A DNA stretch of 32,000 nt, from the NCBI RefSeq assembly GCF_001457615.1, contig NZ_LN831024.1, positions 450,001 to 482,000 of the forward strand, given 5' to 3'. The DNA comes from Pseudomonas aeruginosa. GTDB taxonomy: Bacteria; Pseudomonadota; Gammaproteobacteria; Pseudomonadales; Pseudomonadaceae. A program made the position numbers and the translations under genes. Position 1 is the first letter of the stretch. Each line of letters starts with the position of its first letter. The notes under the pieces are model-generated. The model made no database searches, was not told the origin of the DNA, and was given only the letters and a program-made list of their open reading frames with translations. This document shows positions 9,588 through 19,062 of this stretch, piece after piece.

Positions 9588-11078
9588 ATGTCGTTAAGGT
9601 GGCTGCGCGCCGCGGCGTTTCTCATGTTGGGGGTGTTCAGCGCGGTGGCGCTGGGCAAGGATAAACAGCCTACGGCGATCGTCGTCGGCGCGGGCCTGGC
9701 AGGCCTGAGCGCGGCCTACGAATTGCAGAAGGACGGCTGGCAGGTCACGGTGCTCGAAGCGCGGCCGCAGGTGGGCGGGCGTTCCGGCCTGGCCACCAGC
9801 GAATGGGTCGGCAACCAGAAGGTCCAGCCCACGCTCAATGCCTACCTGGACACCTTCAAGCTGAAGCCGGTGCCGGCGCCGGACTTCGTCCGCACCCCCA
9901 GCTACCTGATCGACGGCCTGTACTACAGCAGCAGCGATCTCGCGCTCAAGCAGCCGAACGTCGCCGCCGACCTCAAGCGCTTCGAGTCGACCCTGGACGA
10001 TCTCTCGGCATCGATCTCCGACCCGCTCAACCCTGCCTCGAGCAATACCCTGTTCGCCCTCGACCAGATGAACGCCGCGCGCTGGCTGGACAAGCTGAAC
10101 CTGTCGCCGACCGCGCGCCTGCTGGTCAACCAGCGTATCCGTTCGCGCTACGACGAACCGTCGCGCCTGTCGCTGCTCTACCTCGCCCAGCAGGGCCGCG
10201 CCTACCGTGGCGTCGACGACCGCGACCTGCGCGCGGCGCGCCTGCCCGGCGGCAGCCAGGTGCTGGCGGAAGCCTTCGTCAAGCAGATCAAGACGATCAA
10301 GACCAAATCCAAGGTGTCGAGCATCGTCCAGGCCAAGGACGGCGTCGCCGTCAAGGCCGGCAGCGAGACCTACAAGGCCGACTACGTGGTTCTCGCCGTG
10401 CCGCTGAAGGCGCTCGGCCAGATCCAGATGACCCCGTCCCTGAGCGGTACCCAGATGTCCGCGCTGAAGGGCACCAACTATGGCTGGCGCGACCAGATCC
10501 TGCTGAAGTTCAAGCGTCCGGTGTGGGACGACAAGTCGCGCCTCTCCGGCGAGATCTTCAGCGACCAGGGCCTGGGCATGATCTGGGTCGAGCCGGCGCT
10601 GAAAGGCGGCGCCAACGTGCTGATCAACCTGTCCGGCGACAACGCCCGCGTGCTGCAGGCTTTCGGCGACCGGCAGATGGTCGACCAGGTGCTGATCCGC
10701 ATGAACAAGTTCTATCCGAAGATGCGCGGTGCCTTCGCCGGCTACGAAATTCGTCGCTACAGCGCCGACCCGGGCACCGGCGGTTCCTACCTGGCCTACG
10801 GTCCGGGCCAGGTGACGCGCTTCTGGCGGATCTGGGAACAGCCGCTGTCGCGGGTCGCCTTCGCCGGCGAGCACACCGATGCGCTGTACCCCGGCACCAT
10901 CGAGGGGGCGCTGCGCAGCGGCAAGCGCGCCGCCAGCCAGGTGCGCGACCTGTACGCCGGCAAGACGCCGGTGATCGAGGGCGCACCGATGGTGGCGAAG
11001 GCCGAGAAGGTAGCCGCACCGACGACCGGCGGCGAGAAGAAGAACCCGTTCGCCTGGTTCACCCGCCTGTTCGATTGA
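9588..11078 (+). CDS. FAD-dependent flavin/polyamine-type amine oxidase, exported or membrane anchored
   Basis: 496 aa; signal-like N-terminus, then VVGAGLAGLSAAYELQKDGWQVTVLEARPQVGGR (FAD/NAD-binding) and C-terminal RVAFAGEHTDALYPGTIEGALRSGKRAA. Confidence 0.92.
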   Translation: MSLRWLRAAAFLMLGVFSAVALGKDKQPTAIVVGAGLAGLSAAYELQKDGWQVTVLEARPQVGGRSGLATSEWVGNQKVQPTLNAYLDTFKLKPVPAPDFVRTPSYLIDGLYYSSSDLALKQPNVAADLKRFESTLDDLSASISDPLNPASSNTLFALDQMNAARWLDKLNLSPTARLLVNQRIRSRYDEPSRLSLLYLAQQGRAYRGVDDRDLRAARLPGGSQVLAEAFVKQIKTIKTKSKVSSIVQAKDGVAVKAGSETYKADYVVLAVPLKALGQIQMTPSLSGTQMSALKGTNYGWRDQILLKFKRPVWDDKSRLSGEIFSDQGLGMIWVEPALKGGANVLINLSGDNARVLQAFGDRQMVDQVLIRMNKFYPKMRGAFAGYEIRRYSADPGTGGSYLAYGPGQVTRFWRIWEQPLSRVAFAGEHTDALYPGTIEGALRSGKRAASQVRDLYAGKTPVIEGAPMVAKAEKVAAPTTGGEKKNPFAWFTRLFD

Positions 11079-11089
11079 TCCCCTTCGCC

Positions 11090-11110
11090 GGCGCCGGAAG
11101 CTCCGGCGCC
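11090..11110 (+). terminator. Possible terminator hairpin downstream of the amine oxidase gene
   Basis: GGCGCCGGA-AGC-TCCGGCGCC perfect 9-bp stem, 11 bp after the stop codon; only a poor T-tract follows (TTGCGCTTCC). Confidence 0.4.
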
Positions 11111-11258
11111 TTGCGCTTCCCGGTTCGCAGCGCAATCCAGGGTTTTTTCTTAGCCTGCGAACCTATCTTGTGAATCGATGTTTCAAAGCAGAATTTTCTG
11201 CTTTAACTCGATGGATTTGCCGCTAGTCTTGAGGCTTCGCTTTTCAAGGAAGTTTTTC

Positions 11259-11828
11259 ATGCAGTGGCGCAATACCTCATCCCGTTACGGCGTATTCAGC
11301 CTGTTCCTGCACTGGGGCAGCGCGCTGGTGGTCTTCGGCCTGTTCGGCCTGGGCCTGTGGATGCGCGAACTGAGCTATTACGACCCCTGGTACCACCCCG
11401 CGCCGGCGCTGCATAAAAGCATCGGCATCCTGCTGGCCATCGCCCTGCTGGTGCGGATCGTCTGGCGTTTCGTCAGCCCGCCGCCGCCGGCGCCGGTCAA
11501 CCACGGTCCGCTCACGCGGGTAGCGAGCAAGCTCGGCCACCTCGCGCTGTACGGGCTGCTGCTGGCGGTGATCGTCGCGGGCTACCTGATTTCCACCGCC
11601 GACGGCGAACCGATCAGCGTATTCGGCTGGTTCTCCGTGCCGGCGACCCTCAGCGGGCTGCCCGACCAGGCGGACGTCGCGGGTGAAATCCATCTCTACC
11701 TGGCCTGGGCGCTGGTGGTCTTCGCCGTCCTCCATGCCCTGGCCGCCCTCAAGCATCACTTCGTCGACCGCGACCCGACCCTAAAGCGCATGCTCGGTCG
11801 CTCGTCGAATGATCAACAACCACGTTAA
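11259..11828 (+). CDS. Cytochrome b561 family membrane protein
   Basis: 189 aa from [32 protein letters not shown]; conserved His positions in membrane segments ([32 protein letters not shown]). Confidence 0.92.
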   Translation: MQWRNTSSRYGVFSLFLHWGSALVVFGLFGLGLWMRELSYYDPWYHPAPALHKSIGILLAIALLVRIVWRFVSPPPPAPVNHGPLTRVASKLGHLALYGLLLAVIVAGYLISTADGEPISVFGWFSVPATLSGLPDQADVAGEIHLYLAWALVVFAVLHALAALKHHFVDRDPTLKRMLGRSSNDQQPR

Positions 11829-11839
11829 GGAGAATGTCC

Positions 11840-12415
11840 ATGCTGAAGAAGACCCTTGCCGCGCTGGCGCTCGGCTCCGCACTGTTCACCGCCGGCCAGG
11901 CAATGGCCGCGGACTACAAGATCGACAAGGAAGGCCAGCACGCCTTCATCGAGTTCCGCATCAAGCACCTGGGCTATAGCTGGCTGTACGGCCGCTTCAA
12001 CGACTTCGACGGCAGCTTCACCTTCGACGAGAAGAACCCGTCGGCCGACAAGGTCAAGGTGACCATCAACACCAACAGCGTGGACACCAACCATGCCGAG
12101 CGTGACAAGCACCTGCGCAGCGGTGATTTCCTCAACGTCAGCAAGAACCCGACCGCTACCTTCGAATCCACCGAAGTGAAGGCCAACGGCGACAGCGCCG
12201 ACATCACCGGCAACCTGACCCTGAACGGCGTGACCAAGCCGGTCACCATCAAGGCCAAGCTGATCGGCCAGGGCGATGACCCGTGGGGCGGCTACCGTGC
12301 CGGCTTCGAAGGCAGCGCCACCCTGAAGCTGAAAGACTTCGGCATCAAGATGGACCTCGGCCCCGCATCCCAGGAAGTCGAGCTGCTGCTCTCCGTCGAA
12401 GGCATTCGCCAGTAA
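11840..12415 (+). CDS. pasP: YceI-family periplasmic protein (PasP)
   Basis: 191 aa, Sec signal [23 protein letters not shown] then [43 protein letters not shown] (11827-11832) is spaced for ATG 11840 rather than 11834. Confidence 0.92.
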   Translation: MLKKTLAALALGSALFTAGQAMAADYKIDKEGQHAFIEFRIKHLGYSWLYGRFNDFDGSFTFDEKNPSADKVKVTINTNSVDTNHAERDKHLRSGDFLNVSKNPTATFESTEVKANGDSADITGNLTLNGVTKPVTIKAKLIGQGDDPWGGYRAGFEGSATLKLKDFGIKMDLGPASQEVELLLSVEGIRQ

Positions 12416-12431
12416 GCGGATACCTGAAACG

Positions 12432-12459
12432 AAAAACGCCGGCGATCGCCGGCGTTTTT
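12432..12459. terminator. Bidirectional intrinsic terminator between pasP and mexR (convergent)
   Basis: Perfect inverted repeat AAAAACGCCGGC-GATC-GCCGGCGTTTTT, T-tract in both directions. Confidence 0.92.
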
Positions 12460-12483
12460 CATTGTGCTTCGAAAAGAATGTTC

Positions 12484-12927
12484 TTAAATATCCTCAAGCG
12501 GTTGCGCGGCCAGGCATTGGTCGAGGAGATGCACCAGGGTGGCTTGTTCCTCCGGGGTGAGCGGGGCAAACAACTCGTCATGCACGCGTGACATGATGGC
12601 CTCCGCATGCTGGTGGATGGCCAGCCCCTCGTCGGTGAGGAAGAGCTGGAAGCTGCGCTGGTCGCTGGGGTTGCGCTCGCGGCGGACCAGGTTTCTTCCC
12701 TCCAGCTCGCGGATCTTCCGGGTGATCAGTGCCTTGTCGCGGCACATCTGGCGTCCCAGGTCCTGCAGGTTCAGCCCGCGTTGTTCGTCGATAAGCTTCA
12801 ATACATGGACGTCGGGCGGGGTCAGGTCGAGTCGCTGGCAATCGAGCTCGCTCTGGATGCGCGTCCGCACATGCTGGAAGACCGCCATCAGCGCGGGCAT
12901 CAGGTCGGGATTCACGGGGTAGTTCAT
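12484..12927 (-). CDS. mexR: MexR, MarR-family repressor of mexAB-oprM
   Basis: 147 aa [33 protein letters not shown]..., recognised MexR sequence, divergent from mexA. Confidence 0.99.
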   Translation of the reverse strand: MNYPVNPDLMPALMAVFQHVRTRIQSELDCQRLDLTPPDVHVLKLIDEQRGLNLQDLGRQMCRDKALITRKIRELEGRNLVRRERNPSDQRSFQLFLTDEGLAIHQHAEAIMSRVHDELFAPLTPEEQATLVHLLDQCLAAQPLEDI

Positions 12928-12939
12928 TGGTTTGGCCGA

Positions 12940-12955
12940 GTAAACCTAATGTAAA
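12940..12955 (+). promoter_or_regulatory. CpxR-like direct-repeat site in the mexR-mexA intergenic region
   Basis: GTAAA-CCTAAT-GTAAA direct repeat; this type of GTAAA(N)GTAAA site is reported for CpxR at PmexA. Confidence 0.6.
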
Positions 12956-12959
12956 TGTG

Positions 12960-12974
12960 GTTGATCCAGTCAAC
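12960..12974. promoter_or_regulatory. MexR operator half region (GTTGA-N5-TCAAC)
   Basis: GTTGATCCAGTCAAC palindrome in the mexR-mexA intergenic region, 31 bp from a second matching copy. Confidence 0.9.
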
Positions 12975-12990
12975 TATTTTGCTTATTTTA

Positions 12991-13005
12991 GTTGACCTTA
13001 TCAAC
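12991..13005. promoter_or_regulatory. MexR operator half region (GTTGA-N5-TCAAC)
   Basis: GTTGACCTTATCAAC palindrome, about three helical turns from the copy at 12960. Confidence 0.9.
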
Positions 13006-13201
13006 CTTGTTTCAGGTTCTGAATATGGGCCATGGCGCCGGGTGGATAACCGGCCATCGAGCTAAAACGTTTCAGGTGTTTTCACGCGAGGCTTTCGGAC
13101 GTTTACAAACACCTATGAATGTAAGTATTTTGCCTGCCTTCTTCGAGCCGGTGCAGCGCCTTCACGCTGCATCGGCCGCTTTCGCTCATGAGGACAACGC
13201 T

Positions 13202-14353
13202 ATGCAACGAACGCCAGCCATGCGTGTACTGGTTCCGGCCCTGCTGGTCGCGATTTCGGCCCTTTCCGGGTGCGGAAAAAGCGAGGCGCCGCCGCCGGCG
13301 CAAACGCCGGAGGTCGGGATCGTGACCCTGGAAGCGCAGACGGTGACCCTGAATACCGAGCTGCCGGGCCGGACCAATGCGTTCCGCATCGCCGAGGTGC
13401 GTCCCCAGGTGAACGGCATCATCCTCAAGCGCCTGTTCAAGGAAGGCAGCGACGTCAAGGCCGGGCAGCAGCTCTACCAGATCGACCCCGCCACCTACGA
13501 GGCCGACTACCAAAGCGCCCAGGCCAACCTGGCCTCGACCCAGGAGCAGGCCCAGCGCTACAAGCTGCTGGTCGCCGACCAGGCCGTGAGCAAGCAGCAG
13601 TACGCCGACGCCAATGCCGCCTACCTGCAGTCCAAGGCGGCGGTGGAGCAGGCGCGGATCAACCTGCGCTACACCAAGGTGCTGTCGCCGATCTCCGGCC
13701 GCATCGGCCGTTCCGCGGTGACCGAAGGCGCCCTGGTGACCAACGGCCAGGCCAACGCGATGGCCACCGTGCAACAGCTCGACCCGATCTACGTCGACGT
13801 CACCCAGCCGTCCACCGCCCTGCTGCGCCTGCGCCGCGAACTGGCCAGCGGCCAGTTGGAGCGCGCCGGCGACAACGCGGCGAAGGTCTCCCTGAAGCTG
13901 GAGGACGGTAGCCAATACCCGCTGGAAGGCCGCCTCGAATTCTCCGAGGTTTCCGTCGACGAAGGCACCGGCTCGGTCACCATCCGCGCCGTGTTCCCCA
14001 ACCCGAACAACGAGCTGCTGCCCGGCATGTTCGTTCACGCGCAGTTGCAGGAAGGCGTCAAGCAGAAGGCCATCCTCGCTCCGCAGCAAGGCGTGACCCG
14101 CGACCTCAAGGGCCAGGCTACCGCGCTGGTGGTGAACGCGCAGAACAAGGTCGAGCTGCGGGTGATCAAGGCCGACCGGGTGATCGGCGACAAGTGGCTG
14201 GTCACCGAAGGCCTGAACGCCGGCGACAAGATCATTACCGAAGGCCTGCAGTTCGTGCAGCCGGGTGTCGAGGTGAAGACCGTGCCGGCGAAGAATGTCG
14301 CGTCCGCGCAGAAGGCCGACGCCGCTCCGGCGAAAACCGACAGCAAGGGCTGA
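13202..14353 (+). CDS. mexA: MexA, RND efflux periplasmic adaptor lipoprotein
   Basis: 383 aa from MQRTPAMRVLVPALLVAISALSGCGKSEAPPP (lipobox LSGC); sequence recognised as MexA. Confidence 0.99.
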   Translation: MQRTPAMRVLVPALLVAISALSGCGKSEAPPPAQTPEVGIVTLEAQTVTLNTELPGRTNAFRIAEVRPQVNGIILKRLFKEGSDVKAGQQLYQIDPATYEADYQSAQANLASTQEQAQRYKLLVADQAVSKQQYADANAAYLQSKAAVEQARINLRYTKVLSPISGRIGRSAVTEGALVTNGQANAMATVQQLDPIYVDVTQPSTALLRLRRELASGQLERAGDNAAKVSLKLEDGSQYPLEGRLEFSEVSVDEGTGSVTIRAVFPNPNNELLPGMFVHAQLQEGVKQKAILAPQQGVTRDLKGQATALVVNAQNKVELRVIKADRVIGDKWLVTEGLNAGDKIITEGLQFVQPGVEVKTVPAKNVASAQKADAAPAKTDSKG

Positions 14354-14368
14354 TCAAGGGGATTCGTA

Positions 14369-17300
14369 ATGTCGAAGTTTTTCATTGATAGGCCCATTTT
14401 CGCGTGGGTGATCGCCTTGGTGATCATGCTCGCGGGCGGCCTGTCGATCCTCAGTCTGCCGGTCAACCAGTACCCGGCCATCGCCCCGCCGGCCATCGCC
14501 GTGCAGGTGAGCTACCCGGGCGCCTCGGCCGAGACGGTGCAGGACACCGTGGTCCAGGTGATCGAGCAGCAGATGAACGGGATCGACAATCTGCGCTACA
14601 TCTCCTCGGAGAGTAACTCCGACGGCAGCATGACCATCACCGTGACCTTCGAACAGGGCACCGACCCCGACATCGCCCAGGTCCAGGTGCAGAACAAGCT
14701 GCAACTGGCCACCCCGCTACTGCCGCAGGAAGTGCAGCGCCAGGGGATCCGGGTGACCAAGGCGGTGAAGAACTTCCTCATGGTGGTCGGTGTGGTTTCC
14801 ACCGACGGCAGCATGACCAAGGAAGACCTGTCGAACTACATCGTTTCCAACATCCAGGACCCGCTCTCGCGGACCAAGGGCGTCGGTGACTTCCAGGTGT
14901 TCGGCTCGCAGTACTCGATGCGCATCTGGCTCGACCCGGCCAAGCTGAACAGCTACCAGCTGACCCCCGGCGACGTGAGCAGCGCGATCCAGGCGCAGAA
15001 CGTGCAGATTTCCTCCGGCCAGCTCGGCGGCTTGCCGGCGGTCAAGGGCCAGCAGCTCAACGCCACCATCATCGGCAAGACCCGCCTGCAGACCGCGGAG
15101 CAATTCGAGAACATCCTGCTCAAGGTCAATCCCGACGGTTCCCAGGTGCGCCTGAAGGACGTCGCCGATGTAGGCCTGGGCGGCCAGGACTACAGCATCA
15201 ACGCGCAGTTCAACGGCAGCCCGGCGTCCGGTATCGCGATCAAGCTGGCCACCGGCGCCAACGCGCTGGATACCGCCAAGGCGATCCGCCAGACCATCGC
15301 CAACCTGGAACCGTTCATGCCGCAGGGCATGAAGGTGGTCTACCCGTACGACACCACCCCGGTGGTCTCGGCCTCGATCCATGAGGTAGTGAAGACCCTC
15401 GGCGAGGCGATCCTCCTCGTGTTCCTGGTGATGTACCTGTTCCTGCAGAACTTCCGCGCCACGCTGATCCCGACCATCGCCGTACCGGTGGTGCTGCTGG
15501 GGACCTTCGGCGTGCTCGCCGCGTTCGGCTTCTCGATCAACACCCTGACCATGTTCGGCATGGTGCTGGCCATCGGCTTGCTGGTGGACGACGCCATCGT
15601 GGTGGTGGAGAACGTCGAGCGGGTGATGGCCGAGGAAGGCCTGTCGCCAAGGGAGGCGGCGCGCAAGTCCATGGGCCAGATCCAGGGCGCGCTGGTCGGT
15701 ATCGCCATGGTGCTCTCGGCGGTATTCCTACCGATGGCGTTCTTCGGCGGCTCCACCGGGGTGATCTACCGGCAGTTCTCCATCACCATCGTGTCGGCCA
15801 TGGCCCTCTCGGTGATCGTGGCGCTGATCCTCACCCCGGCGCTCTGCGCGACCATGCTCAAGCCGATCGAGAAAGGCGACCATGGCGAGCACAAGGGCGG
15901 CTTCTTCGGCTGGTTCAACCGGATGTTCCTTTCCACCACCCACGGCTACGAGCGGGGCGTGGCGTCGATCCTCAAGCATCGCGCGCCGTACCTGCTGATC
16001 TACGTGGTGATCGTGGCCGGGATGATCTGGATGTTCACCCGCATTCCCACCGCGTTCCTTCCCGACGAGGACCAGGGCGTACTGTTCGCCCAGGTACAGA
16101 CCCCGCCGGGCTCCAGTGCCGAGCGTACCCAGGTGGTGGTGGACTCGATGCGCGAATACCTGCTGGAGAAGGAAAGCTCTTCGGTCAGCTCGGTGTTCAC
16201 CGTGACCGGCTTCAACTTCGCCGGCCGCGGCCAGAGTTCGGGCATGGCGTTCATCATGCTCAAGCCCTGGGAAGAGCGTCCCGGTGGCGAGAACAGCGTG
16301 TTCGAACTGGCCAAGCGCGCGCAGATGCACTTCTTCAGCTTCAAGGACGCGATGGTGTTCGCCTTCGCGCCGCCGTCGGTTCTGGAACTGGGTAACGCCA
16401 CCGGCTTCGACCTGTTCCTCCAGGACCAGGCGGGTGTCGGCCACGAAGTCCTGCTCCAGGCGCGCAACAAGTTCCTCATGCTCGCCGCGCAGAACCCGGC
16501 GCTGCAACGCGTGCGCCCCAACGGCATGAGCGACGAACCGCAGTACAAGCTGGAGATCGACGACGAGAAGGCCAGCGCCCTCGGCGTGTCCCTTGCCGAC
16601 ATCAACAGCACCGTGTCCATCGCCTGGGGTTCGAGCTACGTCAACGACTTCATCGACCGTGGCCGGGTCAAGCGGGTCTACCTGCAGGGCAGGCCGGACG
16701 CGCGGATGAACCCGGACGACCTGAGCAAGTGGTACGTGCGCAACGACAAGGGCGAGATGGTGCCGTTCAACGCCTTCGCCACCGGCAAGTGGGAATACGG
16801 TTCGCCGAAGCTGGAGCGCTACAATGGCGTGCCGGCGATGGAGATCCTCGGCGAGCCGGCGCCCGGCCTGAGTTCCGGTGACGCCATGGCGGCGGTCGAG
16901 GAGATCGTCAAGCAATTGCCGAAAGGCGTTGGCTACTCCTGGACCGGCCTGTCCTACGAGGAGCGCTTGTCCGGCTCGCAGGCGCCGGCGCTGTATGCGC
17001 TGTCGCTGCTGGTGGTGTTCCTCTGCCTGGCGGCCCTGTACGAAAGCTGGTCGATTCCGTTCTCGGTGATGCTGGTGGTGCCGTTGGGCGTGATCGGCGC
17101 GCTGCTGGCGACGTCCATGCGCGGCCTGTCCAACGACGTGTTCTTCCAGGTGGGCCTGTTGACGACCATCGGCCTGTCGGCGAAGAACGCCATTCTCATC
17201 GTGGAGTTCGCCAAGGAGCTGCACGAGCAGGGCAAGGGCATCGTCGAGGCGGCCATCGAAGCCTGCCGCATGCGTCTGCGGCCGATCGTGATGACCTCCC

Positions 17301-17509
17301 TGGCGTTCATCCTCGGCGTGGTCCCGCTGGCGATCTCCACCGGCGCCGGCTCGGGCAGCCAGCATGCGATCGGTACCGGCGTGATCGGCGGCATGGTCAC
17401 TGCGACCGTCCTGGCGATCTTCTGGGTACCGCTGTTCTACGTGGCGGTCAGCACGCTGTTCAAGGACGAGGCGTCCAAGCAGCAAGCGTCCGTCGAAAAG
17501 GGGCAATGA
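14369..17509 (+). CDS. mexB: MexB, RND efflux inner-membrane transporter
   Basis: 1046 aa [28 protein letters not shown]..., HAE1 RND transporter sequence recognised as MexB. Confidence 0.99.
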   Translation: MSKFFIDRPIFAWVIALVIMLAGGLSILSLPVNQYPAIAPPAIAVQVSYPGASAETVQDTVVQVIEQQMNGIDNLRYISSESNSDGSMTITVTFEQGTDPDIAQVQVQNKLQLATPLLPQEVQRQGIRVTKAVKNFLMVVGVVSTDGSMTKEDLSNYIVSNIQDPLSRTKGVGDFQVFGSQYSMRIWLDPAKLNSYQLTPGDVSSAIQAQNVQISSGQLGGLPAVKGQQLNATIIGKTRLQTAEQFENILLKVNPDGSQVRLKDVADVGLGGQDYSINAQFNGSPASGIAIKLATGANALDTAKAIRQTIANLEPFMPQGMKVVYPYDTTPVVSASIHEVVKTLGEAILLVFLVMYLFLQNFRATLIPTIAVPVVLLGTFGVLAAFGFSINTLTMFGMVLAIGLLVDDAIVVVENVERVMAEEGLSPREAARKSMGQIQGALVGIAMVLSAVFLPMAFFGGSTGVIYRQFSITIVSAMALSVIVALILTPALCATMLKPIEKGDHGEHKGGFFGWFNRMFLSTTHGYERGVASILKHRAPYLLIYVVIVAGMIWMFTRIPTAFLPDEDQGVLFAQVQTPPGSSAERTQVVVDSMREYLLEKESSSVSSVFTVTGFNFAGRGQSSGMAFIMLKPWEERPGGENSVFELAKRAQMHFFSFKDAMVFAFAPPSVLELGNATGFDLFLQDQAGVGHEVLLQARNKFLMLAAQNPALQRVRPNGMSDEPQYKLEIDDEKASALGVSLADINSTVSIAWGSSYVNDFIDRGRVKRVYLQGRPDARMNPDDLSKWYVRNDKGEMVPFNAFATGKWEYGSPKLERYNGVPAMEILGEPAPGLSSGDAMAAVEEIVKQLPKGVGYSWTGLSYEERLSGSQAPALYALSLLVVFLCLAALYESWSIPFSVMLVVPLGVIGALLATSMRGLSNDVFFQVGLLTTIGLSAKNAILIVEFAKELHEQGKGIVEAAIEACRMRLRPIVMTSLAFILGVVPLAISTGAGSGSQHAIGTGVIGGMVTATVLAIFWVPLFYVAVSTLFKDEASKQQASVEKGQ

Positions 17510-17510
17510 T

Positions 17511-18968
17511 ATGAAACGGTCCTTCCTTTCCCTGGCGGTAGCCGCTGTCGTTCTGTCCGGCTGCTCGCTGATCCCCGACTACCAGCGCCCCGAGGCGCCG
17601 GTAGCCGCGGCCTACCCGCAAGGGCAGGCCTACGGGCAGAACACCGGCGCGGCGGCCGTTCCGGCCGCCGACATCGGCTGGCGCGAGTTCTTCCGCGACC
17701 CGCAGTTGCAGCAACTGATCGGCGTGGCGCTGGAAAACAACCGCGACCTGCGGGTCGCCGCGCTGAACGTCGAGGCCTTCCGGGCGCAGTACCGCATCCA
17801 GCGGGCCGACCTGTTCCCGCGGATCGGCGTGGACGGTAGCGGCACCCGCCAGCGTTTGCCGGGCGACCTGTCGACCACCGGCAGTCCGGCGATTTCCAGC
17901 CAGTACGGGGTGACCCTGGGCACTACCGCCTGGGAACTCGATCTCTTCGGCCGCCTGCGCAGCCTGCGCGACCAGGCCCTGGAGCAGTACCTGGCGACCG
18001 AACAGGCGCAGCGCAGCGCGCAGACCACCCTGGTGGCCAGCGTGGCGACCGCCTACCTGACGCTGAAGGCCGACCAGGCGCAGTTGCAGCTGACCAAGGA
18101 CACCCTGGGCACCTACCAGAAGAGTTTCGACCTGACCCAGCGCAGCTACGACGTCGGCGTCGCCTCCGCGCTCGACCTGCGCCAGGCGCAGACCGCCGTG
18201 GAAGGCGCCCGCGCGACCCTGGCGCAGTACACCCGCCTGGTAGCCCAGGACCAGAATGCGCTGGTCCTGCTGCTGGGCTCCGGGATCCCGGCGAACCTGC
18301 CGCAAGGCCTGGGCCTGGACCAGACCCTGCTGACCGAAGTGCCGGCGGGTCTGCCGTCGGACCTGCTGCAACGGCGCCCGGACATCCTCGAGGCCGAGCA
18401 CCAGCTCATGGCTGCCAACGCCAGCATCGGCGCCGCGCGCGCGGCGTTCTTCCCGAGCATCAGCCTGACCGCCAACGCCGGCACCATGAGCCGCCAACTG
18501 TCCGGCCTGTTCGACGCCGGTTCGGGTTCCTGGTTGTTCCAGCCGTCGATCAACCTGCCGATCTTCACCGCCGGCAGCCTGCGTGCCAGCCTGGACTACG
18601 CGAAGATCCAGAAGGACATCAACGTCGCGCAGTACGAGAAGGCGATCCAGACGGCGTTCCAGGAAGTCGCCGACGGCCTGGCCGCGCGCGGTACCTTCAC
18701 CGAGCAGTTGCAGGCGCAGCGCGATCTGGTCAAGGCCAGCGACGAGTACTACCAGCTCGCCGACAAGCGTTATCGCACGGGGGTGGACAACTACCTGACC
18801 CTGCTCGACGCGCAACGCTCGCTGTTCACCGCGCAGCAGCAACTGATCACCGACCGCCTCAATCAGCTGACCAGCGAGGTCAACCTGTACAAGGCCCTCG
18901 GCGGCGGCTGGAACCAGCAGACCGTGACCCAGCAGCAGACCGCGAAGAAGGAAGATCCCCAGGCTTGA
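17511..18968 (+). CDS. oprM: OprM, outer-membrane efflux channel lipoprotein
   Basis: 485 aa [30 protein letters not shown]..., sequence recognised as OprM; lipobox LSGC. Confidence 0.99.
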   Translation: MKRSFLSLAVAAVVLSGCSLIPDYQRPEAPVAAAYPQGQAYGQNTGAAAVPAADIGWREFFRDPQLQQLIGVALENNRDLRVAALNVEAFRAQYRIQRADLFPRIGVDGSGTRQRLPGDLSTTGSPAISSQYGVTLGTTAWELDLFGRLRSLRDQALEQYLATEQAQRSAQTTLVASVATAYLTLKADQAQLQLTKDTLGTYQKSFDLTQRSYDVGVASALDLRQAQTAVEGARATLAQYTRLVAQDQNALVLLLGSGIPANLPQGLGLDQTLLTEVPAGLPSDLLQRRPDILEAEHQLMAANASIGAARAAFFPSISLTANAGTMSRQLSGLFDAGSGSWLFQPSINLPIFTAGSLRASLDYAKIQKDINVAQYEKAIQTAFQEVADGLAARGTFTEQLQAQRDLVKASDEYYQLADKRYRTGVDNYLTLLDAQRSLFTAQQQLITDRLNQLTSEVNLYKALGGGWNQQTVTQQQTAKKEDPQA

Positions 18969-18989
18969 TCGCCTTCCGCGCCATGCAAG

Positions 18990-19017
18990 AACGCCGACCC
19001 TAGGGTCGGCGTTTTTT
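18990..19017 (+). terminator. Intrinsic terminator of mexAB-oprM
   Basis: AACGCCGACCC-TA-GGGTCGGCGTT inverted repeat followed by TTTTTT on the + strand, 21 bp after the oprM stop. Confidence 0.92.
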
Positions 19018-19062
19018 ATCCTCGCGGAAGTCGGCGGGTCCGCGTCACGGACCCGCTCGGCC

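Noticed and set aside
15728-17506. 592 aa minus-strand ORF opposite mexB (similar long antisense ORFs lie opposite chpA, oprM, sahH, rhlE2 and codA)
   Set aside because: GC-rich Pseudomonas DNA produces long stop-free shadow frames. The sense proteins are canonical and the antisense translations are repetitive Arg/Ala/Gly/Asp/His-rich sequence with no recognisable motif.
19034-19056. GCGGGTCCG-CGTCA-CGGACCCGC hairpin just after the helicase stop
   Set aside because: Probably a minus-strand transcript-end structure, but there is no T-tract, so I could not support calling it a terminator. Noted only as a 9-bp stem.
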